A stretch of 64,000 bases of DNA from Chrysomallon squamiferum (GCA_012295275.1 CM022679.1:26598001-26662000); one strand, 5' to 3'; positions 26,581 to 38,752 are shown, counted from the stretch's first letter. Made by a program: numbers and translations. Notes: generated from the letters alone by a model not told the origin.

Positions 26581-27331
26581 ACTTCTCTGCATTTCATTTG
26601 ATATTTCTAGAATTATGTTTCTTTTATATACTCGGTTGCCTTCATAGCAAATGATAATTATTAAACCTTGTATTTTAGATTTCGTTTTCTTTCTTCTCTT
26701 TTTTTCTTAATTATATTCTGTATAATTTGTTTTAATAATATTATTTTTTATATTTTTAATATTATTTTATTTTAGTATTGTTTTGTAATTGTTAAGATGC
26801 ACTTCAAGAATACATTGGTCTTATCAGATAGTTTAAATATGTTACACATACTTCCAAATGATTATTTTAATTGTTATAACAGGAAACAGTAGATTTACAT
26901 TGACACACTAACTTTACAGTTATTTCTGAGTGATAATAAATGTAAATTTAATAAAAGTAAACAAAAGGTGAACAATTTCATGTCCTTTACATTTCACACT
27001 GCTTAAACTTACAACTTCAGTGTTTCATGGTCAAGCATTCAGACATTGTAATTGGTAGTTACTGGGTTCAAATTCAGATACTGGTCACTTTTACATTTAG
27101 TGAGATATTATTAGACTTTATTCATAGCTAATTCTCAAACACAGTAATTGCTTCATTCTGCATGATGTTGTTCTGTTTGTGTTTATCAGCACACACTGTG
27201 TGTGTATCTGTAACACAGATAACCCAGACTGCAGAACTGTGCGACCCAGAACAGCATGTTTATACTGTCAGTGAAAGTATGTGTAAACTGTTATCTTGTA
27301 GCATTAAACAAGCAAGTGCTTTTTATATCAA

Positions 27332-27377
<46 letters not shown>

Positions 27378-27844
27378 AATATATATACATATGTATATTT
27401 ATATATACATAATGAATATGTATTCATATGTATGTACATATAAACACATACAGACATGTACGTACACACACATGAGAAACGTAAAGCACTATACAGACAG
27501 ACAAATACGGACAAAAGATAATCAGAAATAAATCACTACAGTAATAAAATTTTATTTGGCATCAGGATTGGAGTTGACTGAAAGTAAACTTAGTTAATTA
27601 AATAATATTAAAATCATTTATCAGGCAGCTTTTTAATGACATTTTCTTGCCAATTTAGTAAAGAACTGCAGTGGTTAAACTTCGCCACTAATGGAATAAA
27701 CTGTTACAGACAAATATTCTTTTAAAACCTACCTCGTCTTGTTTACCCATCATTCAGTGACACTGTTCTGTGAAAGTGAGACAATTTTGTTATTGTTTTC
27801 ACATAACATTTCTATTAGTAATTACCTCTTCTTTTATTTCTCTT

Positions 27845-27876
<32 letters not shown>

Positions 27877-28408
27877 CCCCTACCTTTCGTTTCCATTCCT
27901 CCTAAACACCTCCCATGAGATATCCAGGATCTCATTTTCCATCAACTGGCATCTCCTGTCAATTAAACAAATTTCCTACCAACAAATTCATACACAGTGG
28001 GTTTTCTTTATATTTCTGTCAAGAGTTGGCCCATGTTTTCTTAAGAGGTTGGTACGTTTCCTGCGAGAGTTCAAAGTTACGCTACTGACGGATTTGACTG
28101 GGGTCGAGTTTATGACACGAATGATGCATTTATCAAGGTTAATCGTGGTCTGCGGGGATGCGACTCGTACAGAACAAATTTCACAGACGAAGTCGCGAGA
28201 GACTTGTCAAAAACGGCTTTAGACAACGGATTGCAGTTTCTGTGGTTTTAACGAGTAAGCAGTCTGATGGGACTGTGAGCTAGCGGTCATAGTGCTTTGC
28301 GTTTTTTCTGTTTTACACGATTGTTTTTAGACTTTTTGTTTGTTCTGTTGTTCTTCTTTTTTTTTTTTTTTATTGTTGTCTTGTGTATAAATTGTACATT
28401 TTAATTTT

Positions 28409-28442
<34 letters not shown>

Positions 28443-29333
28443 TATGTTGTCATGAATATGTGTGTGTGTGTGTGTGAGTGGGTGTGTGTATGGAGAAAGG
28501 GACAGAAACAGAAAGATTGTGTGCATGCATGCATGCATCCATACATACATGTAAAGAAAAACAAACAAAACACAATTAATAAACTGTTTAAACAAAATAT
28601 ATCTTTATATTTCTATTTCTGGTTCATCTCATGCTTTAATTAACTGCCTCCACTAAAATCGGCCATCTTTTATTTCTTTTTCTTCTTTTTTTTGGTCTCA
28701 AATCAAAGTCTTTACCCCAACAATATTACACCCACGTGCCGAAAGGATAGACCAGCAAGCCACTGAATGATTTGTTGGAGAGCACAGAACTTCAAGACAC
28801 CCTGACATTTATGCTAAAATTCTCCACAATAAAAAAGAAACTTCAAAAAACCTATTTGAGACTTCATGAACAGACGCTTGCTTTTATCTCTCACAATCAC
28901 TCTGCCCCTGTAGTCCAGAGGTCCAGGGATTCCCTGATGGTTCTCGCTCATCATTCTTTCATTAGAATAAAGTTACAATTTCTCCGACCATTAAGTTGTT
29001 TATTTTTTTTCGAAAATGTCTTTGTTATTACTTTTTATTTTCAAGTGGAAATAAAATGGTAGCTTTGTCGACAGATGTTGGTTTTTTATTTTCCATTAAA
29101 GTGAAGCTTTTAAACGTCCCAGTGAGATTGTAAAATTTTTTAGCAATCTCTGGAGACTGACAGACAGTGATAAAATACTCACTTAACTGTATTAAAACAC
29201 TACTTCATTATTTTTCCCATTCTAACTCGATTTATGCTTACGTAATTTTATGCATCAAAATGTAAACAGGATTTCTTCTCTTTTTAAAAAAAAAAATTAT
29301 TTTCTATTTTTATTTGTTTATTTTTTTAGTTTA

Positions 29334-29365
<32 letters not shown>

Positions 29366-29374
29366 ATTTATTTT

Positions 29375-29412
<38 letters not shown>

Positions 29413-29554
29413 TCTCCTTTTTTTGCTAATTTGCACTACTTCATAGAGATAGTAAAAATGTAACCATTCCAACATAACATTCACTTTTCTTTTTTTTTTT
29501 TTTAAATTAAAAAATCTGATGTTTTGTGTTTTAAACATAATTATTTATAATTTC

Positions 29555-29604
<50 letters not shown>

Positions 29605-31107
29605 TCCCCTTCCCTACAACTGGGACACAATTCCAATAATTTTAATCAGATATTTTAACAATCTGAATAACCACTTAACACAGACCAGTATCCACTGACA
29701 ACAGTTATTTTGCCAGACAGCTGTACTCTGTCCCTTTTGTACTGGGTAATGGATTCACTTTTCCTTTCACAAAACTTGTCTTTATCTTTACACGCATTTT
29801 GGTCTTGATACAATTTTTTTTTTTTTTTTTTTTTTTTTTGTAGAGGAACTTGATAAATGCCATGTGACTTTACAGTGCTGTTTCTTAATAACTTAAGTGA
29901 CATGACTGAAAACTGTGTATTGAGACCTTTTTTTTATGTGTGTGTTTTGTGGAACTTGTTTCTTTGGTGATCTCGTAAATCATACGTTTTATGTCGAATC
30001 TTGGTCATGGACTTTTTACTCATTTAAAAAAAAAAAAAAAAAAACATACAGAAGAAAGAAAGAAACCAATAATAATAAAATTTGTTGTTTTACGAAAGGT
30101 TCGTTGATTTAGGATGATGTATGAACTTGTTGCTGCTATTGACATTGTATTTTGAGATTTTGTCTCTTTTTTTTTTATATATATTTTGATTTATTAAGTG
30201 TTTGTGTACATCTGTGTCTGTATTTGTTTCTTTTTATGTCTGCTAAAGGATAAATATTCAACATATTGGTTATTCCGTTGATGATCATGTTGGTTTTTGA
30301 TGTTGGTGGTTTTACTGTTAGTGATGATGATGATGTTGGTGGTGGTGATGATGATTAAGATGTTCATGTTGTTATGGGTATTCTTCACAGTTGAGTTTGG
30401 CCCATCATTCATTAAAACATTAAGTTTTTGGAGATGGGGACATTACCTAGCCCAAGACCAAATTTAAACCCAGCATTCACAACACATTGCCTAAATAGCT
30501 GAATGGCCAGTCAACCCAAAGAGACAGTGAAAATCATTATTTTTATAGTCTTTATTAACAGTATAGGATTTAATGCTTTTGAAATAATTATGCTTTTTCT
30601 TATCATTTTTTTCTGTGAGGTAAAAACTTGAAAAAATTATATTTTCCACTGTATTTGGCACCAGGCTCTGAACACAACAAAATTACATTTGAGAATCCAT
30701 AACACAGATTGAAACATTTTTGTTACTTAAAGGGATATGAACAGTTTTGCAATAAACCAAAGTGTACTTGCATGAACCCAAAAATGGTTACATTTATACA
30801 ATTTGTTGGATGCTTCCTTTGTGAGCAGACAACAACTGCAGTTTGATGTTTCATTTTTATGGTGATGTTTTCTGTTATAAAAAAATAATGTATTTTGTAA
30901 TTAATTTTTTTTTTTTTTTCTTTTTTTTGATATTACACTTCAGTTAACATTATTTCTTTACAGGTTTTGCATAATTATTGCTAATGTTTTATAACAAAAA
31001 GTCACGTAATTATTGATCTACAGTTTATAGTAAAATGTGTGATTGTTTAATATCAGAACTGGACTGGAAGGTTACTGCTGTTCTTTTATTTTTGTTAATA
31101 ACAATAT

Positions 31108-31146
<39 letters not shown>

Positions 31147-31241
31147 TCATTAATTCACTAAATATATTTCCTTTTCCTGAACAGCTGTTTTTATTATTTT
31201 CATTATAATTATTTATTATTTCTTTTTTATATTTCTTTTCA

Positions 31242-31284
<43 letters not shown>

Positions 31285-32007
31285 TATTTTCGAGTTTGTA
31301 ACATTAGAAAATAAACACACACAAATGAAGTCCACATTAATTGGAGACGTACATTGCGTGTCACGATTTATTGACAGATTATGCCCCTTGAATGTGATTT
31401 CATGTATCAAAAAACCAGGATAATTTAGGAAGAAAAAAAAGCGACAAAACAAACGGAAATGGAAGACTCAAATCACGAGATAAATCATTTAAAGAATTAA
31501 TTATTTTATATTTGTATTGCTTCAACAATACTTTTTTTTTCTTTCTTTTTCTTCCTCTTTTACTTTAGGAAAGCTGACAGCGTCGTGTTTGCCGAAAATG
31601 TCGAGATGACGCTGCCTAATTTGATACGATTTGTACTGCAGCATTCTAATCACGAACTGCGCATGCACACCGCGCTCGGTGTTTGTTCGGAGACGTGCAT
31701 CCGAAGAAACCGAGAGTACGCGAGGAGAACGCGGAGGGATCTCGAAAAGAAGCGATCTCATCTTCAGGGCATCCTGATACATTTGCTGTCGTCTGTCAAC
31801 ATTTCCAATTCTGCTGAAAGAAAATACATAGAAATCTCGGTGCAGTTTGTCAAAGAACGACTGCTGGAAATGAGTAAGGAAATCACAGATTCTGTAAGGT
31901 TGTTGAATCTTTTGGAGGCCAGCGAAGGATCGGAAATTGACCCATTAAAGCTTCGGGAGTTTTTAAAAGAAAGGAAACATTCACAAAGTGACGGCTCACT
32001 GAGCTGA
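4499..32007 (+). CDS. TXNDC11: Thioredoxin domain-containing protein 11, full spliced CDS (14 exons, 865 aa)
   Basis: Exons 4499-4635, 5594-5813, 6082-6202, 6676-6782, 7497-7590, 8223-8335, 9182-9250, 9623-9754, 10130-10900, 11543-11591, 12670-12821, 18022-18134, 19557-19637, 31569-32007. All introns are GT-AG with matching phases; total 2598 nt. Motifs match TXNDC11 as I recall it: YAPWCAKS, VNCWWPEGQC, GYFDFNMSPQPPGF, GLGCHTNRTVNFY, WCGFC, NDLPWE, C-terminal helical/coiled-coil tail. Confidence 0.93.
5594..5813 (+). CDS. TXNDC11: TXNDC11 exon 2 (first Trx domain, CxxS)
   Basis: tttcag| (S)LKSQPITVPPRPPKRFFPISSPVLDFPYGDLDPVVDVLGQEEIIFLMYYAPWCAKSMAVRWEFHKAAKYLKDQ |gttagt. Confidence 0.95.
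6082..6202 (+). CDS. TXNDC11: TXNDC11 exon 3
   Basis: ttttcag| VKFVAVNCWWPEGQCRKRYKFLMYPVLFVYYLDVDGYRYM(G) |gttagt. Confidence 0.95.
6676..6782 (+). CDS. TXNDC11: TXNDC11 exon 4
   Basis: tgcag| (G)LQSADHMVKFLEDLMYPLTPFHHKTEILDFIARHD |gtgagt. Confidence 0.92.
7497..7590 (+). CDS. TXNDC11: TXNDC11 exon 5
   Basis: ttttacag| SAVIGYFDFNMSPQPPGFQQFYLASMRVVEH(D) |gtaaga. Confidence 0.95.
8223..8335 (+). CDS. TXNDC11: TXNDC11 exon 6
   Basis: ctttcag| (D)PHQPVKFGVTFQKHLAEMFNLTQSCDVVMLRVANSSL |gtaatt. Confidence 0.92.
8748..9081. repeat. Minisatellite, 31-bp unit (some 29 bp), ~11 copies, intron 6
   Basis: Unit CTGTCTGTATCAAAGAACATGTATAAAATTC; ATCAA core at 8788, 8819, 8850, 8881, 8912, 8941, 8970, 9001, 9032, 9063. 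Confidence 0.95.
9182..9250 (+). CDS. TXNDC11: TXNDC11 exon 7
   Basis: gtttcag| KFSRDFNFTSSQLVSWSLSNRQK |gtatgg; phase 0/0. Confidence 0.88.
9623..9754 (+). CDS. TXNDC11: TXNDC11 exon 8
   Basis: ctttcag| PIVKWLSPLGVKSLSLSNEIIRGPAVIAFYSHNPLFDTNQPFQV |gtaagt. Confidence 0.93.
10130..10900 (+). CDS. TXNDC11: TXNDC11 exon 9 (large Cys-rich central exon, 257 codons)
   Basis: ttttag| MKDLALQFRNC...NCCVTVV...NICEYCVH...YYSLCCRNC...GLGCHTNRTVNFYAMDAVHHSVFAERLG...VVIVDKE |gtaaga; coincides with ORF 10130..10969 up to the donor. Confidence 0.94.
11543..11591 (+). CDS. TXNDC11: TXNDC11 exon 10 (49 nt)
   Basis: atttcag| NEEEYLLKENFTVSNV(A) |gtatgt; its phase 0/1 is needed to join exons 9 and 11. Confidence 0.85.
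12670..12821 (+). CDS. TXNDC11: TXNDC11 exon 11
   Basis: ttttcag| (A)SFIVNFTTGNIRRHLRSSLTQNSACDSQHEVCVTDVSSQTFQHVVMAEDK |gtattt. Confidence 0.92.
13997..14046. repeat. 11-bp tandem repeat (CAGCTACATCA)x4+
   Basis: Seen directly in the sequence. Confidence 0.9.
14330..15310. repeat. Degenerate ~75-85 bp tandem array, intron 11
   Basis: Recurring CTAACCAGACCATCATGGCTTCCATAATTAAAATTAACATAAT...GTGACAAGGTCA; near-exact cores at ~14508, 14753, 15095, 15250. Confidence 0.85.
16085..16190. repeat. (AAT)n microsatellite
   Basis: Seen directly in the sequence. Confidence 0.95.
16770..16960 (+). mobile_element. Eroded tRNA-derived SINE remnant (intron 11)
   Basis: Head-like GTAG..GTTGGTTAAGAG, then body ending GTGGTATGTG..ATCTGTGGG; its reverse complement resembles 34310-34350. 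Family call is from memory of gastropod SINEs, not from a search. Confidence 0.45.
18022..18134 (+). CDS. TXNDC11: TXNDC11 exon 12 (CxxC Trx domain, WCGFC at 18049-18063)
   Basis: ttttcag| DVVVFIYSHWCGFCVSVAHNYLALARYFLTADNIVFT(R) |gtaaac. Confidence 0.95.
19557..19637 (+). CDS. TXNDC11: TXNDC11 exon 13
   Basis: ttcacag| (R)FNADENDLPWELTVDTYPVILLFPAG(R) |gttagt; contains the Trx cis-Pro type motif YP. Confidence 0.94.
19638..20127. repeat. Minisatellite, 23-bp unit, ~21 copies, starting exactly at the intron 13 donor
   Basis: Unit GTTAGTATCCTGTGTTGTGTTCT with GTTTGT variants. Confidence 0.95.
21266..21545. repeat. Degenerate ~39-40 bp tandem repeat
   Basis: Recurring AAATTTGGTTGTAAAATACATTTTCAG motif, about 7 decayed copies. 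Confidence 0.75.
22225..22490. repeat. Degenerate tandem triplication with embedded (CA)n
   Basis: AACCTAT..GTTACCCAG.CAGAC..AAC...GTGATG....GTGTCAGTGACA recurs. Confidence 0.65.
22715..23500. repeat. Degenerate tandem array including a ~210-bp near-duplicate (22720-22860 vs 22930-23090)
   Basis: CCATGATATCGTGTTTTCA(A/G)CATT...AAAATCATTTCTAATAC...CAGTATCTGTTAAAAGTCATTTTCT occurs twice, and decayed subunits follow. Confidence 0.75.
27020..27090 (+). mobile_element. tRNA-like SINE head remnant
   Basis: A-box-like TGGTCAAGC and B-box-like GGGTTCAAATTC; no complete cloverleaf. Confidence 0.35.
31569..32007 (+). CDS. TXNDC11: TXNDC11 exon 14 (last coding exon, helical/coiled-coil tail, TGA stop)
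   Basis: Long pyrimidine tract then tttag| (R)KADSVVFAENVEMTLPNLIRFVLQHS...KERKHSQSDGSLS*; phase 2 fits exon 13. Confidence 0.9.
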
Positions 32008-35000
32008 CACACCCCCCTCCCTTTTTTCTCTCCTTTTGCGGTCTTTCTGTAAACGGTCGTTTTATTTATTAATTTAAAAATAACAAAAATGTATGTTTGT
32101 CCATTTTATGTTCATAAATCAACTCTAAATCTACTTTATTATTATTTGTATTATTTATTTATTTATTTATTTGTAGTTTCGTTTTATATGGTCTTGTTAA
32201 AATATATATATATATTTCTAAATAAGATACTTCATTGTAAATTTAAAAAATAAATACACAGAAGATGAAAAGCTCAAAATCCAAATGTTAACTTAAAAAC
32301 TTAAAAGTCAAGAAATAACGAAAATCAAATTGAGTTTTTACCCTTAACCAGCGATAAAATTGCTGTGCAGTAATTTTGTACATTCTGTTTGACTAAAAAA
32401 ATTATTAGTATGAACAATTTTCTCTCCATCTTAAAAACAATGTCAAACTGAAATGAAGTTGCATTTGTATCACTGGACCATAAATGGTATTTTCATGGAA
32501 GCATATAGGATTACTGATGATGTTGTTTTCTTTTATTATAATTATTATTATTATTTTTATTATTTTTATTATTATTAGTATTATTATAGATTTAAGGTGT
32601 TTGTAATTAGGATACTTAAATTATCATAAGTAATCAGAAATAGATATGTAAAATTTTGTACATAGTGTTGATAAATTGTTATTGGGCTTCTCGCATTAAT
32701 ATTAGCATGTAATCAGTATTATTATTTATTACCGAGTGCACCAGTGAAGATATTTCATATCAAGAAATGAACAATTTGCTGCTAAAGAATATTTTTTACC
32801 CGCGCTTCCTTTTGAATAATTGTACTCGAAATACCATTTTATGGCGTTTTTATTAATAAAATATTGACAATAGTTAATAAATGTGACGATATGCGAGAAA
32901 GTCGAAGTCATCTGATATAATTAAATGTGATTAAATGTCCGTGGTAATGTTACGTTTATCCTCATGAACGTGAATATTAAAAAACTATACTTGTATGTTG
33001 TCCATTACTTTTGTTTGAAAACGTAATTATTTTAAATCTTAATAGCAAACCAATGCATAAAACTGAAAAGATTTTATTTTTTTATTTTTTTTTTTTTTCA
33101 TTTTTTTTTTTTTTTTTTTTTTTTCTTATGACCTAGCCAAAATCAGTTTCAGATTAAAACGATTTAATCTAAATGCTGTAACAATCTGAACGATTCAAAT
33201 ACAGCATTAATTTTACGTTTGTCTATTTCTTAAATTGGAATTCGTGCTGTGTTGCGAATGTATGTATTCCACTTGTCCTCATAACTGCGTAGTCGCAGTA
33301 TAAATGAACATGCGAACGCTATGTATTTATTAAATAAAATATGTATCTGTAAACATTATAATATTCACGTAATAAATTACGTAGGTAATTTTAAAGTGTA
33401 GGTCTTCCCTTTGTTGCTACCTGTGTTATTTTACTGGTAGCGCTGATATTAAAAAGGTTATAAAATTGATTAAACTCACATTCGTCTGTTTTTTTGGAAA
33501 ACGTCTTTTTATTATTGCTGTATTTATTTAATTTTATTTCATAAACAAACCTGATCTGTAAGTGAGAAAGGTATAATATTCTCTACGAAAAATTGCCGTT
33601 CACTAGTATAGTAGTCTTGGTTACCAAAACCTCTTTGTAACATGCACCCATGTGGATATGTACTAGAGTACTTTGTAAATTTCTTGTCTAAAAATGCGTC
33701 AAATTATGATTATTATTATTATTTTTTTTTTTTTTTTTTTTTTTTTTTGATTACATAATTTTTAAAACCAAATTTATTTTAGCTTTCTTTGGGATGTGGT
33801 ATTACTTGTTTTTTTTATAATATATTCGAAATAATTGTTTGTAAAGGAAAAACCAACAACAACAAAAAAAACACTACAAAATGATTTGTGGAAAATTACT
33901 TTTAGAAAATTTTGGTTTTAGTTTCAGTTTTTAAATATTTTGTGTCGATAAACCTAAAACCACTTGTAAATTTTTTATTTATTTATTTATTATTTTTTTC
34001 TTCTGACTGTCAGAAGAATGAATGGCTGTACTTTAACACTTTTTAATTTTATTGAATATCGGATGTTGGTTACTACTACTTTTACCACTACTTCTACTAT
34101 CACTATTTTTATTACTACTACTATTATTCTACATCTACTACTACTACTACTATTAATTTTATTACAGTACTACTATTAGTAGTAGTAATAGTAGTGATAT
34201 TGTTGTTGTTTTTTACTACATAAGAAAAGAAACTCGTTATAACCACTACTATTTTTTAATTATCTTTTACCACATGTGGGAACTTGCACATACACTTTTC
34301 CGTTTGCAGGAACGCACGTACCACAGTGTTGTATATGCCAGTCATGGAGAACTGGTTAATACAGGAAATAGTCATAACATGTAAGGCCAGAGCTCTATTT
34401 CTGAGCTACGTCAGTTTTGTTCTGTCGTATCTATTTGTTTTTACTTTGTTTATTTATTTATTATTATATCGTTATTTTTATGATTGTGGTTGTTGTAATT
34501 ATTAATACTATTAGTTATATTACTACCATTATTATTATTATTATTATTATCAGTTTTGATGTATCTGTGAAAGATTCGTTTTCGAATTTGATATAATTAT
34601 TTTGACCAGTTTGTTTTATGTAATCATGAACTGGTGATTGTAATTTTACAGTATTTGTATTGTAAACATCAGGGAAGTGTTTTATAATCTGCATATCCTT
34701 GTTAAATTACTCTCGATTATTATTTAAATTATTATTATTATTATTACTTCCATACTACCACCACTATAGGTATCATCAACATCTGTCCGTTCAAATATCT
34801 GTCTATAAGATTTCATACGTAGTCTTAAATAAATAATAGGATTATTCATTTTTCTGGAAGTAGGCGGCATAAGGTACCAGAAAATAACGTCAGTGTAAAA
34901 ACCCTCATTCTAGAAAATTCCTGGACAATGTAGATGTATAAATTGTTACAGCGTTGTTACTAAAACTGTTACCGACTTGCCGACATCGTCATTGTTTGCT

Positions 35001-35240
35001 TTTAATGTCCTTACGACATTCGAAATTAATCTGTTTCCATTTTGTGGAACCAGGCTGTTTTAAAGTATTTGAATCCAGCGGATGATGTCATTATAGAGGT
35101 TAGTTCTTTTCCGAGCCTCAGTGTCGCAGAAGTTAGAAGTGGTCTGATCAGTTTCTTTGTATCTCCAAGTTATTATTTTATTGTTATGGACTATTTACGA
35201 TCATCGTAACAAAATACAACAATAAAAATAAAACTGTTGC
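32008..35240 (+). other. Probable TXNDC11 3' UTR region (end uncertain)
   Basis: AT-rich sequence after the stop, many TGTA motifs (TGTACATA ~32657), several AATAAA candidates (~32249, ~32854, ~33333, 35221-35232). Confidence 0.35.
34285..34412 (-). mobile_element. Eroded SINE remnant in the putative 3' UTR
   Basis: CAGGAACGCACGTACCACAG..TATATGCCAGTCATGGAGAACTGG..GAAATAG, then CTCTATTTCTGAGCTAC (reverse of a tRNA A-box-like head). Confidence 0.45.
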
Positions 35241-35669
35241 ATAACATTTAAACACCACCATTTTCCCTTTTCACGTCAGGAAGGGTGATATGATCCCATA
35301 TATATTTTTATTATTATTATTATTTTTTTTTTTTTTTTTTTTTTTTTGGTTTCATAGAAATTCTAATCGTTACGCCATCGTTGCATGACGTCACCTTACA
35401 TAAAAATGGCGGCGCTCACAAATGATTCAACTTTATATATTTGTTGTTATACTTTATTAATTACTACCATTATGTGACTAAAAATAGCTTGGAGATATGA
35501 AAAATGTAATTAGACTATTTCATCGTGTAAACCAAAAGCACATTAAATAATATCTCTTTGTCGCTTCCAGTATCCCTCCTTCTCTCATTCCATCCCTACC
35601 TCCCTGACCAAAATTGTTAAATTAAACTTTGAAATTTATTATTATTATTATACTTTTAGGATATACTTC

Positions 35670-35710
<41 letters not shown>

Positions 35711-36334
35711 TATATGCACAATTTTCGCGATGTCAAAAGTTAGTATACAAGTTACCTCCTTTATTAGGCCATTTTGAATCGGGTGAAATTTGCCCACATT
35801 CTTTAAATGTCGTTTAATTTTATGCCTTTATGAAGGGTTATTGTTTTTACTCCCAAAATATTTATTTTCTTTTGTATCTATATATTATCCCGAAGTCAAT
35901 ACAAAATACATCATTTATTGGATATTTTCTTTCAAAACTGATTGATGGTTGTTTATTCTATATTTATAAAATAAAAATATATATGATACGAAAATTTGTT
36001 TTATTTCTTTTTCTTTTTTGGTTGTTACTGTTTTTGATGAAATTTGTGTGAATGTATGTGTGATCTACATTAATTTTTTTGTGTGCGTGGGTGTGGGTGT
36101 ATACCTTTGAGTATGTGTTTATAAATGTATGCGTAATTATGTGCATGTATATAATTTTATACCTATATACAATTATAATGTAATTATAAAATGTGCATAA
36201 AATTACATTCATAATAAATTACAAAAGTATTTATTTATTTATTTTTTTTCCGTATAATTTCTTTAAAATTATAATTGTAATCTGTTTAGTAACCTTTCGT
36301 CAATATATAGTTTTTTATTTATTTATTTGTTTTA

Positions 36335-36403
<69 letters not shown>

Positions 36404-37264
36404 TGAAATGTTTTTAAAGAATTATCTATATTATTTTAAATGTTTATTTAGTTTCTCCAGTGTAAATAATAAAACACCAAAAGGATTTCTCTTGTTTTGA
36501 AAACAACCAATGGAACAGTGGTTAAACAAACCACATGTACGCGGTAACCCATAACAACCGCATATTAACGCCACTGTAATCGCATTTTGCGAAGTGTGAA
36601 ACGTTTTATATTACTACTGACGTCGTTATTCCCTTGAAATGTCTACCGTGGGGTTATTTTCAAATATTCCGAGAAGCCAAGTCATAAATGAAGTAGACGG
36701 ATAAAATCCCAGAAAGGAAAAGAGGCCCAAGACGTATTATTTAGAAAGTGGATAACGATAAACTAACTCGATAGATACGCACGCAGATATAAGTCACTTT
36801 TGCTGACGATTCTCGAGAGATGTGTTGTTATAATTTGATGTACGTCAGAACAACAAAATTGGGTTCTTGCAGAAGTTATGTGGAATTAACCAGTTTAAAC
36901 CTTGTCCTAATAATGTCAAACGTGACAAAGAGATATTATTACGAATGTAAATGTTATGGCCTTTTTTTTTTCTTCATTCCCATATGAAAACTCTATTAGA
37001 AAGAAATTAGCAAGGAAAAAAAATAATAATAATAATCAAAAAAAAAAAAATAAAATAAAATAAAATAAAATAAAATAAAATAAAATAAATAAATAAATAA
37101 ATAAATCACGCAGAGTTATGTCCCTTAAGGGCTTTCCGGTTCCGATTAAATTCAGACTTCGTATTTGGGAAGCGAAAATACTTTTTAATTTTTTTGTTTG
37201 TTTAGTTTTTGTGAATTTACATTCCAAGTTATAGAGTATATCTATTCAGTTTTGAGCATTATTT

Positions 37265-37295
<31 letters not shown>

Positions 37296-37684
37296 GCAAG
37301 TAAAGATTTAAGAATTGTGTTCAAAGAGGGTCTGTTTTCGACCATTCACCTTAGGATCGAAAATACCAATCTTAAGATGTAGTAATTGTACTGTTTCGAA
37401 ATCCATCTCCTCTGTGTTCAACATATATTTTTCTGTTTTTGCAAAGTAGATTTACGTGTAAAAGAAATCAATTTTACGACAACATTACGATCAAATTTCA
37501 GCTTCTGTAAATGTACTTTTAATTTGCCGACAGAGTGCTGCTGTAACTATTCATTAAATGTCTTATCATACTCGCCTTCATTCTATATCTTTCTTTGTTC
37601 TTTCTATTTATTTATTTATCTGTTGTTGTTGTTGTATAATTATTATTATTGCTTCTTTTTAAATTTTTCTCTTTCTGTCTGTTT

Positions 37685-37784
<100 letters not shown>

Positions 37785-38717
37785 AACACAAAACATCATT
37801 TACAAAAATCACACCGAAACACCCAGACAAGCAGTCCGAGACAGAGTCACACAAATAACGTCAAATCAGCAGTTCGTTACCAATAATTAACTAACTTTTC
37901 AAATAATAATAATTATTTCTCTTTCGATTAAATGCGCACAGCATTCCTTTTCCCGACGCCAGACAGACAACTACGGAGCTGGCTGGCATGCATGATCCTA
38001 TAATCAACACCAAATGGACGACATTTCAGCAAATTGCTGCCATCCTAGGGGAGCCCAAAGCTTTTCTTTTAATGGATAGTCATCGAACTGTATCGTCTAA
38101 CAGCTGAAACGTGGGACTTTAAACCGGATGAAATTTATTGATGTTGACAAAACCCTTTACTTTTTTTTCTCTGTCTCAGTCTTCTTCTTTTTTTTTTTTT
38201 TTTTTTTTAATCCTCTCCCTTTCCAAAAAAGGAAGCCCAATACATCGTTATAGAGATATAATATTATTTACATATATAATGATTTGATCTAAAACGGAAA
38301 AAAAAATAAAATAAAATGTTCCAGAGATATTGCTGTTTACACATATAATGACCCTTGATCCTAAAGGGAAAAATAAATTCGTTATCGAAATAAAAACATT
38401 CTGCTATTTAGAGATTATAATAATTTTATTTCTAAAAATAGCAGTTATCAAAAAATTGTAAGAGGCTATAGCAACCACTTTGTAAAAAATATCTGATAGG
38501 GAAAAAAAAATGAATATACTTGTGTATACCGTACGGTATTGCTTTAATTTTATTTCAGACAGATTCTTGTCAAAAGTGTCTGTAACTGTCAGACTTTGTT
38601 AGAGCAATATATATATATATAAAAAGTTTTGGTGCAAATAAGTAATATAAAAATGTAACGGCTTTATTTATTTATTTATTTTGATTTATTATTTATTATT
38701 TATTTATTTACTATTGT

Positions 38718-38752
<35 letters not shown>

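Noticed and set aside
27020-27090. Possible tRNA gene
   Set aside because: Only degenerate A/B-box-like words and no cloverleaf; treated as a SINE head remnant.
31522-32012. Minus-strand ORFs over the last exon
   Set aside because: Antisense shadows of exon 14.
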